Shown: positions 20,444 to 31,277, counted from the stretch's first letter. The stretch: DNA of 51,151 bases from Nostoc sp. DedSLP01 (GCA_034530875.2 JAVRCJ020000049.1:1-51151), one strand, 5' to 3'. The notes: generated by a model not told the origin, from the sequence alone. Translations and numbers: made by a program.

Positions 20444-21739
20444 TTATCCGATAGGTAGCTCAATAACGAACTCTATACCTTCGCCTGGGGTTGAATGATA
20501 ATATAGTTTGCCATGATGATTGTTAGTGACAATTTGGTGAGCGATCGCTAAACCTAGTCCTGTTCCTTTACCAACTGGTTTTGTTGTATAAAAAGCATCA
20601 AAAATTTTGTTTTTTTCTGTTTCGCTAATCCCTAAGCCATTATCAGCAATTCTCAAAATTACTTTATCTTCAAGTGCCTCTGTTTTAATGCAAATTACGC
20701 CATTTGGCTGGGAAATATCATCCAAATTTTTATTTTTTAGCTTTTCTTCAATGGAATCAATCGCATTACAAATCAAATTCATCAAAACTTGGTTAATTTC
20801 GCCTGGATAGCACTCAACAAGTGGTAAATTTCCATATTCTTTAATTAATTGAATGCCATGAAAATGGGCGCTGGCTTTCAGACGATGACTAATAATCAAC
20901 AGCGTGCTTTCTAGTCCTTCATGAAGGTCAGCTAGTTTTTTTCCTTCCTCTCTGTGTCGAGAGAAATTATTTAATGATAAAACAATTTCTTTAACCCGAT
21001 CTGTACCAATTTGCATGGATTTAAGAATTTTAGATATATCATTTAACAAATAAATCAAATCTATATCTTGAATTGCAGTTTCAATTTCAGCAGGTGGATC
21101 TGTTATATACTTTTGATAGAGTTGGAGTAAATCAACTATGTCTTGGACGTTTTGTTGTAAAAAATTTAAGTTACCAGCTATAAAATTAATGGGGTTATTC
21201 ACCTCATGGGCGATTCCTGCTGCTAGTTGCCCTAAGGTTGCTACCTTTTCTGCGTGAATCAGTTGAGTTTGAGTCTTTTGTAGTTCAGCGTTTTTGGCAA
21301 TTAAATCTTTCGTTAAATTTCTCAGCTTTAAATGATGTTCTATTCGTACTAATACTTCTTCATATTGAAAAGGTTTAGTAATGTAGTCTACAGCTCCTAA
21401 TCGCAATCCTTTAATTTTATCGGCAGTGTCTGATAGGGCAGTCATAAAAATGACGGGGATATCCTCGTATCGAGCATCGCTTTTGAGATATTGGCAGGTT
21501 TCAAAACCATCCATACCTGGCATCATCACATCAAGTAAAATTAAATCTGGTAAATGTTCGTTCTTTAATTTCTGAAGGGCTTTTTCACCACTACGAACTG
21601 CCCAAACTTCAAAGTTAGACTGATCCAAAAAGCTGGATAAAACTTGTAAGTTTGCAGGATTATCATCAACGACTAAAACAATTCCTCTGGCAGGATTGGG
21701 ATCGGAAAAATTCTTTTGGTCTGGTATGGTTGCGGTCAT
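20444..21739 (-). CDS. Hybrid receiver-histidine kinase
   Basis: VVDD, LLDVMMP, KP receiver; HEVNNP H-box; DNGLG, GTGLGL; overlaps upstream gene by ATGA. Confidence 0.93.
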   Translation of the reverse strand: MTATIPDQKNFSDPNPARGIVLVVDDNPANLQVLSSFLDQSNFEVWAVRSGEKALQKLKNEHLPDLILLDVMMPGMDGFETCQYLKSDARYEDIPVIFMTALSDTADKIKGLRLGAVDYITKPFQYEEVLVRIEHHLKLRNLTKDLIAKNAELQKTQTQLIHAEKVATLGQLAAGIAHEVNNPINFIAGNLNFLQQNVQDIVDLLQLYQKYITDPPAEIETAIQDIDLIYLLNDISKILKSMQIGTDRVKEIVLSLNNFSRHREEGKKLADLHEGLESTLLIISHRLKASAHFHGIQLIKEYGNLPLVECYPGEINQVLMNLICNAIDSIEEKLKNKNLDDISQPNGVICIKTEALEDKVILRIADNGLGISETEKNKIFDAFYTTKPVGKGTGLGLAIAHQIVTNNHHGKLYYHSTPGEGIEFVIELPIG

Positions 21740-24180
21740 ACTGTTTCTACCTCGTATTGAGCCAAGAAACTGAGGATTAAATCTTCGTCAAACTGTCTTG
21801 CTAGTTGTCGCAGTTGGTTAGCAAAGGTTACAAAATTGGTATCTGTCGCTTCTAGTCGATCGGCCCACTTGAGAATAGCATTGAAATTACCTTTACCAGC
21901 TAATGTCACTAATTCTTGTAACACTTCGGAAGGAGGAGGAATTAATGACTCCAATCGGCTATAAGCTGTAGCTGAGTTGTTAGTTGTTTGTCCCTCGGAT
22001 TGAGACTGCTTGTAAATCCAGATCAAACCTAAATGGCGTTCTAATTGATTTAATAATTCATCTGCCTGTACGGGTTTGCTGAGAAATTCGTCTCCACCTG
22101 CTTGCAAACTCCGGTGTTGATCGATTTCAAAGACGCTAGCGGAAGAAACGATAATTTTCACATCTTGGATCTCTGGGGTGCGACGCAAACTTTGAATGAA
22201 TTCAAATCCATCCATTTCTGGCATCGATAAATCTGTAATAATCAAGTCTGGTTTCAAGGCGATCGCTTTTGCTAAACCTTCCTTACCATTGCTAGCTTCA
22301 ACCACATTAAAGCCCAATGGTTGCAGTAGGCTTACAATTACTGTGCGATTCTCCCAGCGATCGTCCACCATCAAAATTGTCCGGGGACTATCCTCAAATC
22401 CAATAATTTGTCGTGTTGATGCAGCCATTGTTGATTCTACCCATTCGCTGGCTTCTGGTATTTCCAACTCAAACCAAAAAGTGCTGCCCTGACCAATTTG
22501 GCTTTTGACATGGATATCGCTTCCCATCATCTGTAACAACTGGCGAGTAATAGCTAAACCAAGCCCCGTACCTTCGGTCTGGCGCTGTTTCTCACCTACC
22601 TGTTCAAATGGTAAGAAAATCTTGCTCAATTCTGCTGGTGCTATACCAATTCCTGTATCTTCAATAGAACAGCGAATGCAGTATTTCTGCGTTTGGTCAT
22701 TAGCGGAAGTTTGGGCGATCGCTTCAATTTTTAAACTGACTTTACCCTCATCTGTAAATTTAATGGCATTACCCACTAGATTCAATAGCACCTGACGCAA
22801 TCTCTTAACATCAACATGAACTCCTGTTGGCAAATTATTTGTCGATTCATAGAAAAACAAAATACCTTTTTGTTCTGCTCGAATTTGGCAAATTTCTACA
22901 ATTCCCTGAATAAACGATGGGAAATGAACATCATGAGGATGCAATTCCAGTTTTCTAGCTTCAATTTTTGAGAGATCCAATATGTCATTAATTAAGGTCA
23001 ACAAATGAGAACCACATTGTTCGATAATGTTGACGTGATATTGCTCTCGTTCTGGTAAAACTTTAGAACGCAGCAAAATTTGAGCGCAGCCTAAAATACC
23101 ATTCAAGGGCGTTCGCAGTTCGTGACTCATGTTAGTTAAAAATTCACTTTTAGCGCGGTTTGCCGTATCAGCCGCGGCTTTGGATTTTTTCAGTTGCGCC
23201 CGTTCAAATGCTTGCACCTGCCACAAAACAGTAATCATCGTGACTGTCAGTCCTCCGAGAATTAAAGCAATTAAATCGAGAAATTGCAAGCGAGATTCAA
23301 TATTTTGGCGCGGAATTACCAAAGCCAAAGACCAATTAGCTTGTTTTAATGGAATATATGCAACATATTTTTTAGTACCGTCAATTTCCATTAACTCAAT
23401 TCCCTGTTGTTTGTTTACCATCTGCTTGGCGATCGCATTTAAATTACGATCTGCAATTTTTAGCAAACTAGGCCCTGGTTTTTCTAAGGTTGACATTAAT
23501 GTTTTGTCAGGATGGACAATTGCTTGCCCTTGGGAATTGAGAGCAAAAGCATAGCTGTTCTTGCCGTAACGCAGCGAGTTAACAACTTTAGTAACGCGAT
23601 CGACTTTCACAGTGCCGAGAAAGACTCCGATTGGCGAACCATTAGCCTGAGGATTAAGCCATATTGGGGTGGCGATGGCAATTAAGGGAATTCCTGTAGA
23701 ACGGCTGATAAAGGGATCGGAAATATTGCTCTGTCCTGCTAATGCTTTTTGAAAGTAGTCTCTATCTTTAATATTCTTTGTTGACCGACCAACCTTCGTA
23801 TTAGAATACAAACCATTGAGTGTAGCTATTTGGAAAAAGAAAAATTCATTGATTCGCTTCACTTCTGCCTGTAAATATGGTTCTGCCACAGACCAGTCTA
23901 ATGAGCGTACAGTTGAAGTATTACCTAGAGTTTGTACCTCCACGTTGCGGACGTGTAACCACTCTTCAATTTCATCAACTCCTGTTTTTACCTCTTGAAA
24001 AGCACTTTGTTTCAAATCTGCTAGGGCCATGTTGCGAGCAGCTAGATAGGTGCAATACGCCGAAATACTTACAATAATCGTAGTGCCACCGAGAACAAAT
24101 GGCAGTAGTAAATTTTGCGAAGTTTTTTTGTTAATATCATATTTTGGCAGATTGGAACCAGTTCTTATCAAAAGCTTCAT
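21736..24180 (-). CDS. Membrane Cache-domain hybrid sensor kinase/response regulator
   Basis: Two TM helices flanking a dCache-like domain, MSHELRTPLN, NAIKFT, DTGIG, receiver ITDLSMP. Confidence 0.93.
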   Translation of the reverse strand: MKLLIRTGSNLPKYDINKKTSQNLLLPFVLGGTTIIVSISAYCTYLAARNMALADLKQSAFQEVKTGVDEIEEWLHVRNVEVQTLGNTSTVRSLDWSVAEPYLQAEVKRINEFFFFQIATLNGLYSNTKVGRSTKNIKDRDYFQKALAGQSNISDPFISRSTGIPLIAIATPIWLNPQANGSPIGVFLGTVKVDRVTKVVNSLRYGKNSYAFALNSQGQAIVHPDKTLMSTLEKPGPSLLKIADRNLNAIAKQMVNKQQGIELMEIDGTKKYVAYIPLKQANWSLALVIPRQNIESRLQFLDLIALILGGLTVTMITVLWQVQAFERAQLKKSKAAADTANRAKSEFLTNMSHELRTPLNGILGCAQILLRSKVLPEREQYHVNIIEQCGSHLLTLINDILDLSKIEARKLELHPHDVHFPSFIQGIVEICQIRAEQKGILFFYESTNNLPTGVHVDVKRLRQVLLNLVGNAIKFTDEGKVSLKIEAIAQTSANDQTQKYCIRCSIEDTGIGIAPAELSKIFLPFEQVGEKQRQTEGTGLGLAITRQLLQMMGSDIHVKSQIGQGSTFWFELEIPEASEWVESTMAASTRQIIGFEDSPRTILMVDDRWENRTVIVSLLQPLGFNVVEASNGKEGLAKAIALKPDLIITDLSMPEMDGFEFIQSLRRTPEIQDVKIIVSSASVFEIDQHRSLQAGGDEFLSKPVQADELLNQLERHLGLIWIYKQSQSEGQTTNNSATAYSRLESLIPPPSEVLQELVTLAGKGNFNAILKWADRLEATDTNFVTFANQLRQLARQFDEDLILSFLAQYEVETV

Positions 24181-24703
24181 AGCTGTAAAAATTACATCGT
24201 AAAGAAGTAGAAGACTATTTTTAGCTTTCCCAAAAAATTATTGATAATCACAGGTTTGCTTCATTGCTAATAAGACAACTGTCTAATTTAAAGTCCTGAG
24301 TTAAGAAAATATTTTCAAAATAGTGGCTGAGGTATAGGCATCGGATTTGGTTCCAAAATCACTTGTGGAGAGAAGGAACAGGGAAGGGGGGCTAAAAAAT
24401 AAAGGTTTACTTAACTTCGCAAAAATCTCTATATCCCAAACTTTAGATTTACGATTATCTTCCTTAAAAAGGAGGGCTTTGAGGAGGTTATTATCCATTT
24501 GGAAAGGCGATTAAGATGGATATTGAGAGAACGGTAGAATTTGCAGACATTCTCTAAAAGTTAAAAACTCTTCTCCTGTTTGCATCTATGCCCCTCTTTG
24601 ATTCGCACTACTTACCGATTGACTCACTCTAGAAGAAGAATTTTAGTTTGCGATAATTGACTACAATAAAATAGTTACACACGCGACCTCTGGAGTTCTG
24701 GCA

Positions 24704-25276
24704 GTGGGTTTATTTGATGATTTGAGTCGGTTTTTAGAAAACCGTTTAGAAGAATTCTTGCGTAACAATCCACATTTGGAGTTAGAGGCGCTGCTAGAAC
24801 AGCTGCGTGAGCAAGAGGAAGATACATTAAAGCTAATTGCAGATTTACAATTACAAGAAAAGCGATCGCAAGACGATATTCTAGCTACAGCCCAAGAAAT
24901 TCAACGTTGGCACATCCGCACTCAAAAAGCCAAAGACGCTGGTAGACAAGATTTAGTCACTGCGGCTAGCGAACGAGAAGCAGCCTTGTTGCGAGAAGGA
25001 AATCAGCGCTGGGGACAGATGCAAGGGCTGAAAGAACGCATTAACCAATCTCAGGAATTACTGCGGAAAATTCAGCAGCGAAGACAAGAAGTACAAGCCA
25101 AAGCCGCCGAAGCACAGACAGCCCGCGCTAAAGCCCAAACTCAGCAGCGCTTGGAAACTAATGGCTGGTGGAATCAAACTAGTACTTCTAGTAGTTTTGA
25201 CGACTTAGAAGAAAAGTTCCGCCGTTGGGAAACACAAGACGAATTAGAACAAATGAAGCGGAATATGGGAAGGTAA
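24704..25276 (+). CDS. PspA/Vipp1-related coiled-coil protein (TIGR04376-like)
   Basis: MGLFDDLSRFLE.RLEEFL..NPHLEL, all-helical, C-terminal DLEEKFRRWE..DELEQMK. Confidence 0.8.
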   Translation: MGLFDDLSRFLENRLEEFLRNNPHLELEALLEQLREQEEDTLKLIADLQLQEKRSQDDILATAQEIQRWHIRTQKAKDAGRQDLVTAASEREAALLREGNQRWGQMQGLKERINQSQELLRKIQQRRQEVQAKAAEAQTARAKAQTQQRLETNGWWNQTSTSSSFDDLEEKFRRWETQDELEQMKRNMGR

Positions 25277-25351
25277 CCCAAAATTTCACAGAATTAAGGA
25301 TGAAAATTAAATGCGATTTCATCCTTCATATTTCTTATTTTATTGATTATC

Positions 25352-25367
25352 TGTATTGATAATTACA
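25352..25367 (+). promoter_or_regulatory. Putative NtcA binding site
   Basis: TGTA-TTGATAAT-TACA fits TGTA-N8-TACA; lies upstream of an NrtB-like permease. Confidence 0.55.
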
Positions 25368-25616
25368 GGCTTAGCCATAGTAATCTTATTTTAATTGAAA
25401 AAATTACAAAACTCAGAACTCCGGCTTCGGTAATAAGTAGGGGTTCTATTTATTGATGAGCAAGTAAATCATGGAAATTGTATTGAATTTACTAATCAGG
25501 ATTTATTTTGATGATAAATTCTAGGAAAGCCAATTTTTACCTTTTCTGTTTCTCCTCTCTTCTGCTTTGCGCTGTTGCTCCAGTATCTCCTACATGTTCT
25601 CAATGAGAACTGAGGC

Positions 25617-26189
25617 ATGGAAAATAACATGTTTTTAGAATTTTTAGCTAGCCTGCAACGATTATTTGTTGGTTACATTCCAGCAGCTGTATTTGGTAGT
25701 TTTATTGGATATTTTATCGGTCTGAATAGCATGGTTTATCAGCTATTCAGACGGATATTTCAAATACCGCATAGTATTCCACCTATAGCTTTGCTCCCTA
25801 TTAGCTTAATAGTGTTTAGAGAAAGTGATGCGGCTGCTATTGTCATAATTTTCTTGGCAACTCTCTGGACAGTAATTATTAATACAGCAATAGGGATGCA
25901 ACATTTTCAGAGACAGAACAAGAACTTCCGAGTAGCTATATTTCATCTATTTCATGCTCTGAAAGTTGGCATTTGGGTAGCCTGGTTTACAGTTATTACC
26001 ATAGAAATGTTGACAGGACAGAAAGGACTTGGTTTTATTCTCTGGGATAGTTATAAAGCCGGTAACATCGATTCTATAATTGAGGCAATACTATACATTG
26101 GTATTATTGGCTTCTTGTTGGATCAGTTGCTAGATTTTACAGCATATCTTCTCTCACAAATGGTTTCAGATACGAAAAAATCTTCCTAG
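25617..26189 (+). CDS. Short NrtB/SsuC-like ABC permease
   Basis: ASLQRLFVGY, IPPIALLP, INTAIG, GLGFILWD, IGIIGFLLD. Confidence 0.8.
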   Translation: MENNMFLEFLASLQRLFVGYIPAAVFGSFIGYFIGLNSMVYQLFRRIFQIPHSIPPIALLPISLIVFRESDAAAIVIIFLATLWTVIINTAIGMQHFQRQNKNFRVAIFHLFHALKVGIWVAWFTVITIEMLTGQKGLGFILWDSYKAGNIDSIIEAILYIGIIGFLLDQLLDFTAYLLSQMVSDTKKSS

Positions 26190-26915
26190 CGTGATTTTGG
26201 ATTTTAGTTTACAAAAGCCTTCTGAATCTAGCTTTGTGAATACCTATGCCGCCATATTTTTCCAAATTTGTATAAAATTTACCCGTAATAATCAAAAAGA
26301 AAGTTACGGTTAGTTATAGTTGGGTTTAATTTTATACAACCCAATATTAAGCCATGTAGTTGTATGAGAAGTGATTCGAGGCTCCCCAACTATCGAGCCT
26401 TTATATCGCTTGGATAACAGTGTTTTCGAGGATTCTCTGCCATAGATAGCCAATGACATAAAACGATGTTTCTCGATACAGAAAAACTACAAATGGTTCT
26501 TTAACAGGCTCTTCACAAACCTGTATTATAAGCTCTCAAGCTCGGCCTTTAGTTTAGATCCCTAGAATACATATTGAGCTAGCAGAAATTTGCAACATCA
26601 TCCGTCTTGGTATGGTTCTAAGCTTAATGTCTCAGTAATTTGTACAGTATCAATTGTTTTAGTAAAAAAATATATTTTTTGTGTAGGTATTATTTTTTAA
26701 ACTTTATATTTAGAATTATAGCAACTATTAGCATTGCTTTGTTAGTTGATTTGGTGATTTTATAGAAATGTTGCTGAAGCTAGTATAGGGTTTTTATTCT
26801 CAGTTTTTATATGAGTCTAGCAACCCATCTTTAATACTGCCAAAATAGCTATAAGTTGTGCTATTTGCTAACTTCAAATCTCAATTTACAGACACGCTTG
26901 AAGAGGAGATTGGAG

Positions 26916-27392
26916 ATGAAAGCTATAAATTTACGCAATAGATTATTACAAAGCAGTTTTGCTTTAGTTTGTTTTGCTGGAGGAACGTTATTTTTTGCCG
27001 CACAAGCAAAGGCAGATGTAGCTGGAAAAAACTACTTGGTCACAATCAGACAGGTAGGCGGGGGTGAAACTACTGCCTGTTTTGAGTTTGACAATACCAA
27101 TACCTTACAAATTCAGGGAGCACCAGTTCAATTTACTTTTGGTGCTAGGAGTCCTAGAGGTAATAATCCGTACAGGTGGCAAGCTGTCTCAAGAAGTCCA
27201 ATTACTCCTTCCGTAGGTATAAGTGGTGAAGAACAACCAGGACCATTCGGCGCAGGATCTCGATTAATAAATGGTAATGGCATAAATGAAAATGGCAACC
27301 TTTACACATTTAGTGGAAACCAAGTCCTAACTTGCCCAGTCTTTAGTACATCAGGAGAGGGGCCATCTGCGGGAGAAATTCTCTTCCAATGA
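26916..27392 (+). CDS. Hypothetical secreted protein
   Basis: GGAG RBS before ATG 26916; signal peptide ending AQAKA; Gly-rich beta-strand mature part with two Cys. Confidence 0.7.
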   Translation: MKAINLRNRLLQSSFALVCFAGGTLFFAAQAKADVAGKNYLVTIRQVGGGETTACFEFDNTNTLQIQGAPVQFTFGARSPRGNNPYRWQAVSRSPITPSVGISGEEQPGPFGAGSRLINGNGINENGNLYTFSGNQVLTCPVFSTSGEGPSAGEILFQ

Positions 27393-27395
27393 GCA

Positions 27396-27505
27396 TATAG
27401 TAATCCCATTTGATTCGGACAATCGCTTGTAAAGAGAGGGAATTCTTAACAGTAAATAGGGAAGAAGTGTACCTAGCTTTGCAAAAATCAAGTAGGAGTC
27501 CTATA
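27396..27505. mobile_element. Degenerate MITE-like repeat
   Basis: TATAGTAATCCCATTTGATT ... AATCAAGTAGGAGTCCTATA imperfect terminal inverted repeats. Confidence 0.55.
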
Positions 27506-27533
27506 TCAGCCATCAAATTGTCACTAAGGCCAT

Positions 27534-27565
27534 TTAGGGTAGCACAGCTAGCTGTGCTACCCTAA
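27534..27565. repeat. Perfect 32-bp palindrome between convergent genes
   Basis: TTAGGGTAGCACAGCT|AGCTGTGCTACCCTAA. Confidence 0.9.
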
Positions 27566-27591
27566 CAAAGGCTTCTAAGCTATTCAAGTAT

Positions 27592-27963
27592 TCAGCGTGC
27601 TTCTATTTTAGAAACTCGCTCCTCTAATTTATTGACTTGTTGTTTTAATTCAATCACCAAAGTTGCAAGGCGATCGAACATCTGATCTTGCCCTGATGAG
27701 TTTTGTCTAGAACCTGTTGATTGTCGTGGAGTAAGTGTTGTTCTTGGGGATGGCGATCGCCCGCCTCGATTTATTTGAGATTCTAGCTGGCTTAAGCGCG
27801 ACTCGACACGATTAAAATCAGCTTCTAAATTATTAAGCCGCGACTCAATTTGCTGCGATAAAGCTGTGTTTGAAAATAATCCACCCCAGAAGATCGCTGC
27901 TAAAATCCCAGCAATTATTAGCACCTTGAATTTATTCATACTAATATCTTGCACTGTTTTCAA
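27592..27963 (-). CDS. Hypothetical exported coiled-coil protein
   Basis: Signal-like N-terminus, two heptad segments, DQMFDRLATLVIELKQ. Confidence 0.75.
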   Translation of the reverse strand: MKTVQDISMNKFKVLIIAGILAAIFWGGLFSNTALSQQIESRLNNLEADFNRVESRLSQLESQINRGGRSPSPRTTLTPRQSTGSRQNSSGQDQMFDRLATLVIELKQQVNKLEERVSKIEAR

Positions 27964-28133
27964 TAGCTTAGAATTTATAATTCAGAATTCAGAATATTCT
28001 CATATTTAAAGCCAGAGATTTGATAAAGCCATCAAGCTTTCAAAGAATGGTCAACATTACCCACTTTACAAAAATGAGTAAATTCTAAATCTCAGTCCTG
28101 ACTCCTGAATTCTGAATTTTGAATTCTGACTCC

Positions 28134-29618
28134 TTATTTATCCTGTTCTAAATTAGAAAATAACCTCTGCCAATCGATAGAATTAACAGTATTAGCTCCC
28201 TCTTTCACCTCAAAGGTGACATTAGATGCTTTTGTTATTTTTAGCACTTGCAGGCAAAGTTCTGCGACATCCTCACGGCTGATTTTGCCTTTAATATTAT
28301 CGCCTTGCTCAAATATTAATTCCTTACCTCCTACTTCCTCAGTTAAAGCACAAGGTCGGATAATTGTATAAGGAATTCCGCTTGTTCTTAAACTATCTTC
28401 TCCTTTCAACTTCCAAGTTAAAATTCCTCCCAATTGCTCATTTAACCTGACTGCTGGCGGTTCTTCATCTAAATTAATGCCAGGGCGTTCAGGACGAGTT
28501 ACACCTGCGGAACTGACAAGGATAAATCGGGGTAAACTTGCACTGCCATAAGCTTTAATTGATTCAAATTGCAAACTAAAATTGCCTGGAGAAAATTTCG
28601 GATTTAAAGCGCCATCATATTCAAATTTACTCAACATCAGTTGGAACGAACAAATTCTACTCTGTTCAATTGGCGGCGCATCCTTGAGAACCTTTGCCCG
28701 AAATACAGGAATTAAATCTCTAAAGGGAACGTGAATATCTACCCAGCTATCAGCTACGGTATCGAAAGAATAGGCGTAGCCTATACCATCCCATTGTGTA
28801 TCTGTTCGGAGGAAGATTTTATAACGCTGACCGTCACCTTTAACGCGTAATTTTACACCTTCGTAACCAGATAAATTAAATGGTGGATCGAAATTCTTAG
28901 TTCTGATAGAAGCAAATCCGCCAGAGTTGGCAGTGGAAACATTGCCAGCAAACAAAGCTATATTTTCTAATAATTGGATATTACTAGCGCTGACACCACC
29001 CATGACAACATCATCCAACGCCCCCCAAACATCTTTTAATTCTGCTGATGGTTTTGTAAAGTCAAATATTAGTTTTTCGTTTGCTTGGGGTAAATATTTG
29101 GCTGCGGCTTCGACTAGGTTTTTAACTCCTAAATATTCAACATTTTCTGGAGTGTCGCCGACAATTTCTGGCTGGTAAAATTTCACACCTTGATAGTATT
29201 TTGCTCTATCTGCTGTGTCTCCCTCAACTGGTTGCACGCGCACTGCTGTGCAACAAATTACAGCTTCGATATTAGCCATAACTACAGGAGTTAAAGTTTC
29301 TGGTCTGGTAATATCTGCAACTACTAAGTCAACATCATTACCAAGAATTGACCGCGCTTTGTCAATATCTCTTACCAGCGCCCGAACTTTATAACCTCGT
29401 TCTAGCGATCGCTTTACTACTCGCTTACCTACACCACCCGTTGCACCTGCTACTAATATTACACCCACGTTGCTTCCTCCATTGGGTCTATTTTGATTAT
29501 CCTGAGGACGGCCTTGGATTAATTGCTGTACCCAGTTAAGGAAAGGAATTACCTCAAAGTAAGTCAGGGTTTCGATAAACCTGCCTAAGTCCCATTGAGA
29601 ACGATTTTTGTCGGTCAT
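28134..29618 (-). CDS. NAD(P)-binding (atypical SDR) protein with inserted CIA30 domain
   Basis: ILVAGATGGVG; DDVVMGGVS, NSGGFASIR, GDGQRYK; YTIIRP. Confidence 0.9.
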   Translation of the reverse strand: MTDKNRSQWDLGRFIETLTYFEVIPFLNWVQQLIQGRPQDNQNRPNGGSNVGVILVAGATGGVGKRVVKRSLERGYKVRALVRDIDKARSILGNDVDLVVADITRPETLTPVVMANIEAVICCTAVRVQPVEGDTADRAKYYQGVKFYQPEIVGDTPENVEYLGVKNLVEAAAKYLPQANEKLIFDFTKPSAELKDVWGALDDVVMGGVSASNIQLLENIALFAGNVSTANSGGFASIRTKNFDPPFNLSGYEGVKLRVKGDGQRYKIFLRTDTQWDGIGYAYSFDTVADSWVDIHVPFRDLIPVFRAKVLKDAPPIEQSRICSFQLMLSKFEYDGALNPKFSPGNFSLQFESIKAYGSASLPRFILVSSAGVTRPERPGINLDEEPPAVRLNEQLGGILTWKLKGEDSLRTSGIPYTIIRPCALTEEVGGKELIFEQGDNIKGKISREDVAELCLQVLKITKASNVTFEVKEGANTVNSIDWQRLFSNLEQDK

Positions 29619-29935
29619 ATTTGCGTCCTCATAATTTTCTTCACTCTAGCAAGTTTGGGGAGTGGGCAGGTGGGGAGACAAGGGGAATAACTCCTTAGTC
29701 AACAGTAAACACTCTCAATGCCCAGTCCCAAGTTTAAAACCTTGTTTTATTGCTAGCGGTTGGAAAATTTAAATTTTGCTGAGAAATCTATAAGAACTTT
29801 CTAAAGTAAATATCAGCTTTATACGTATTAATCTTTATATATCAATAATTTTTTAGCTAATTACTCAAGTAATAATAAATTAAAGTTAAAACCAAACAAT
29901 ATATTTGATAGTTAATGCATTGAGGTCTTTAAAGC

Positions 29936-30424
29936 ATGAAAATCAGAAATTTATTAATTATAAGTTTCTCTTCTCTTGTCATAGTTAGTTGTGTAGGAGG
30001 AGTATCCAATAAGCAGTCTAATGAAAGCGCGGCTCAGACTCCGCCTTTAGCACAATCTCAAAATTCAACTGCTAGCAAGTCAGGTACATTTGTTTCTGGA
30101 GAACATACAACTCAAGGAACAATTCGTATTACTAACAAAGATGGTAAATCATTTCTAGAGCTTGACCAAGCATTTAAAACCTCTGAAATGGGGCCAGATT
30201 TAGTAGTAATTTTACATCATTCAGATAACGTCATTAATTCAACTAAGCCACCATCATATCCCTTAAAAAAGGGAGATTATATCGTTGTTGCTCCCTTACA
30301 AAAATATAGTGGCGCTCAGACTTATCCTATTCCTCAAAATATCAATTTAGCAGAATATAAATCTGTTGCTATCTGGTGTCGCAAATTTAATGCTACTTTT
30401 GGTGCTGCTAAATTGAGCGTATAA
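29936..30424 (+). CDS. DM13-domain lipoprotein
   Basis: Lipobox-like IVSC; GPDLVVIL, GAQTYPIP, SVAIWCRKFNATFG. Confidence 0.88.
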   Translation: MKIRNLLIISFSSLVIVSCVGGVSNKQSNESAAQTPPLAQSQNSTASKSGTFVSGEHTTQGTIRITNKDGKSFLELDQAFKTSEMGPDLVVILHHSDNVINSTKPPSYPLKKGDYIVVAPLQKYSGAQTYPIPQNINLAEYKSVAIWCRKFNATFGAAKLSV

Positions 30425-30467
30425 AGATTAGCCAAAAACTCAACAATAAATCACAAGGATAAAGTTT

Positions 30468-31265
30468 ATGAAATTAGCAGGAAAAGTCGCTTTAGTTACT
30501 GGTAGCAGTCAAGGCATCGGACAGGGAATTGTTCTGCGTTTGGCTGAAGCAGGGGCAAATGTTGTAATTAACTATCGCTCCCATCCAGAAGGTGCAGAAG
30601 AAACCTTAGCAAAGGTAGAGGCTATTGGCGGTAATTGTTATCTTGCTTCTTGCCCAAAATCGCATGGTTACACAGTTCAGGCAGACTTAGGCAGTATTGA
30701 TGAAGTGCGTCAACTAATTGCAGAAAGTATTAACCATTTTGGCAAATTAGATATTTTAGTAAATAATGCTGGTATTGAAAAACATGCACCATTTTGGGAT
30801 GTTACAGAAGCAGATTATGATGCTGTAATGAATGTGAATTTAAAGGGTGTCTTCTTCGCTACTCAAGCATTTGTACAACATTTGATTGAAACTAAGCAAA
30901 CTGGAAAAATTATTAATATTAGTTCAGTCCACGAAGAATTACCATTTCCTAATTTCAGCGCTTATTGTGTTAGCAAAGGTGGGATGAAAATGCTCACTCG
31001 CAACTTAGCAGTTGAGTTGGGTGCTTTGGGAATTACGATTAATAATGTTGCGCCAGGAGCAATAGAAACTCCAATTAATACCAACTTGTTAAACGACCCA
31101 GAAAAGTTGGGCGCGCTATTACAAAATATTCCTCTTGGCCGCTTGGGTCAACCAAAAGATGTGGCTTCTTTAGTAGCGTTTTTAGCTTCTGCTGATGCTG
31201 ACTACATTACGGGTAGTACTTTCTTTGTGGATGGTGGACTACTTTGGAATTATCAAGAACAGTAG
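30468..31265 (+). CDS. Glucose-1-dehydrogenase-like SDR
   Basis: TGSSQGIG, NNAG, ISSVHE, YCVSK, PGAIETPIN. Confidence 0.9.
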   Translation: MKLAGKVALVTGSSQGIGQGIVLRLAEAGANVVINYRSHPEGAEETLAKVEAIGGNCYLASCPKSHGYTVQADLGSIDEVRQLIAESINHFGKLDILVNNAGIEKHAPFWDVTEADYDAVMNVNLKGVFFATQAFVQHLIETKQTGKIINISSVHEELPFPNFSAYCVSKGGMKMLTRNLAVELGALGITINNVAPGAIETPINTNLLNDPEKLGALLQNIPLGRLGQPKDVASLVAFLASADADYITGSTFFVDGGLLWNYQEQ

Positions 31266-31277
31266 GGAGAAAAAATT

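Noticed and set aside
24301..24498. 65-aa minus-strand ORF
   Set aside because: Composed of intergenic repeat remnants; no RBS or motif
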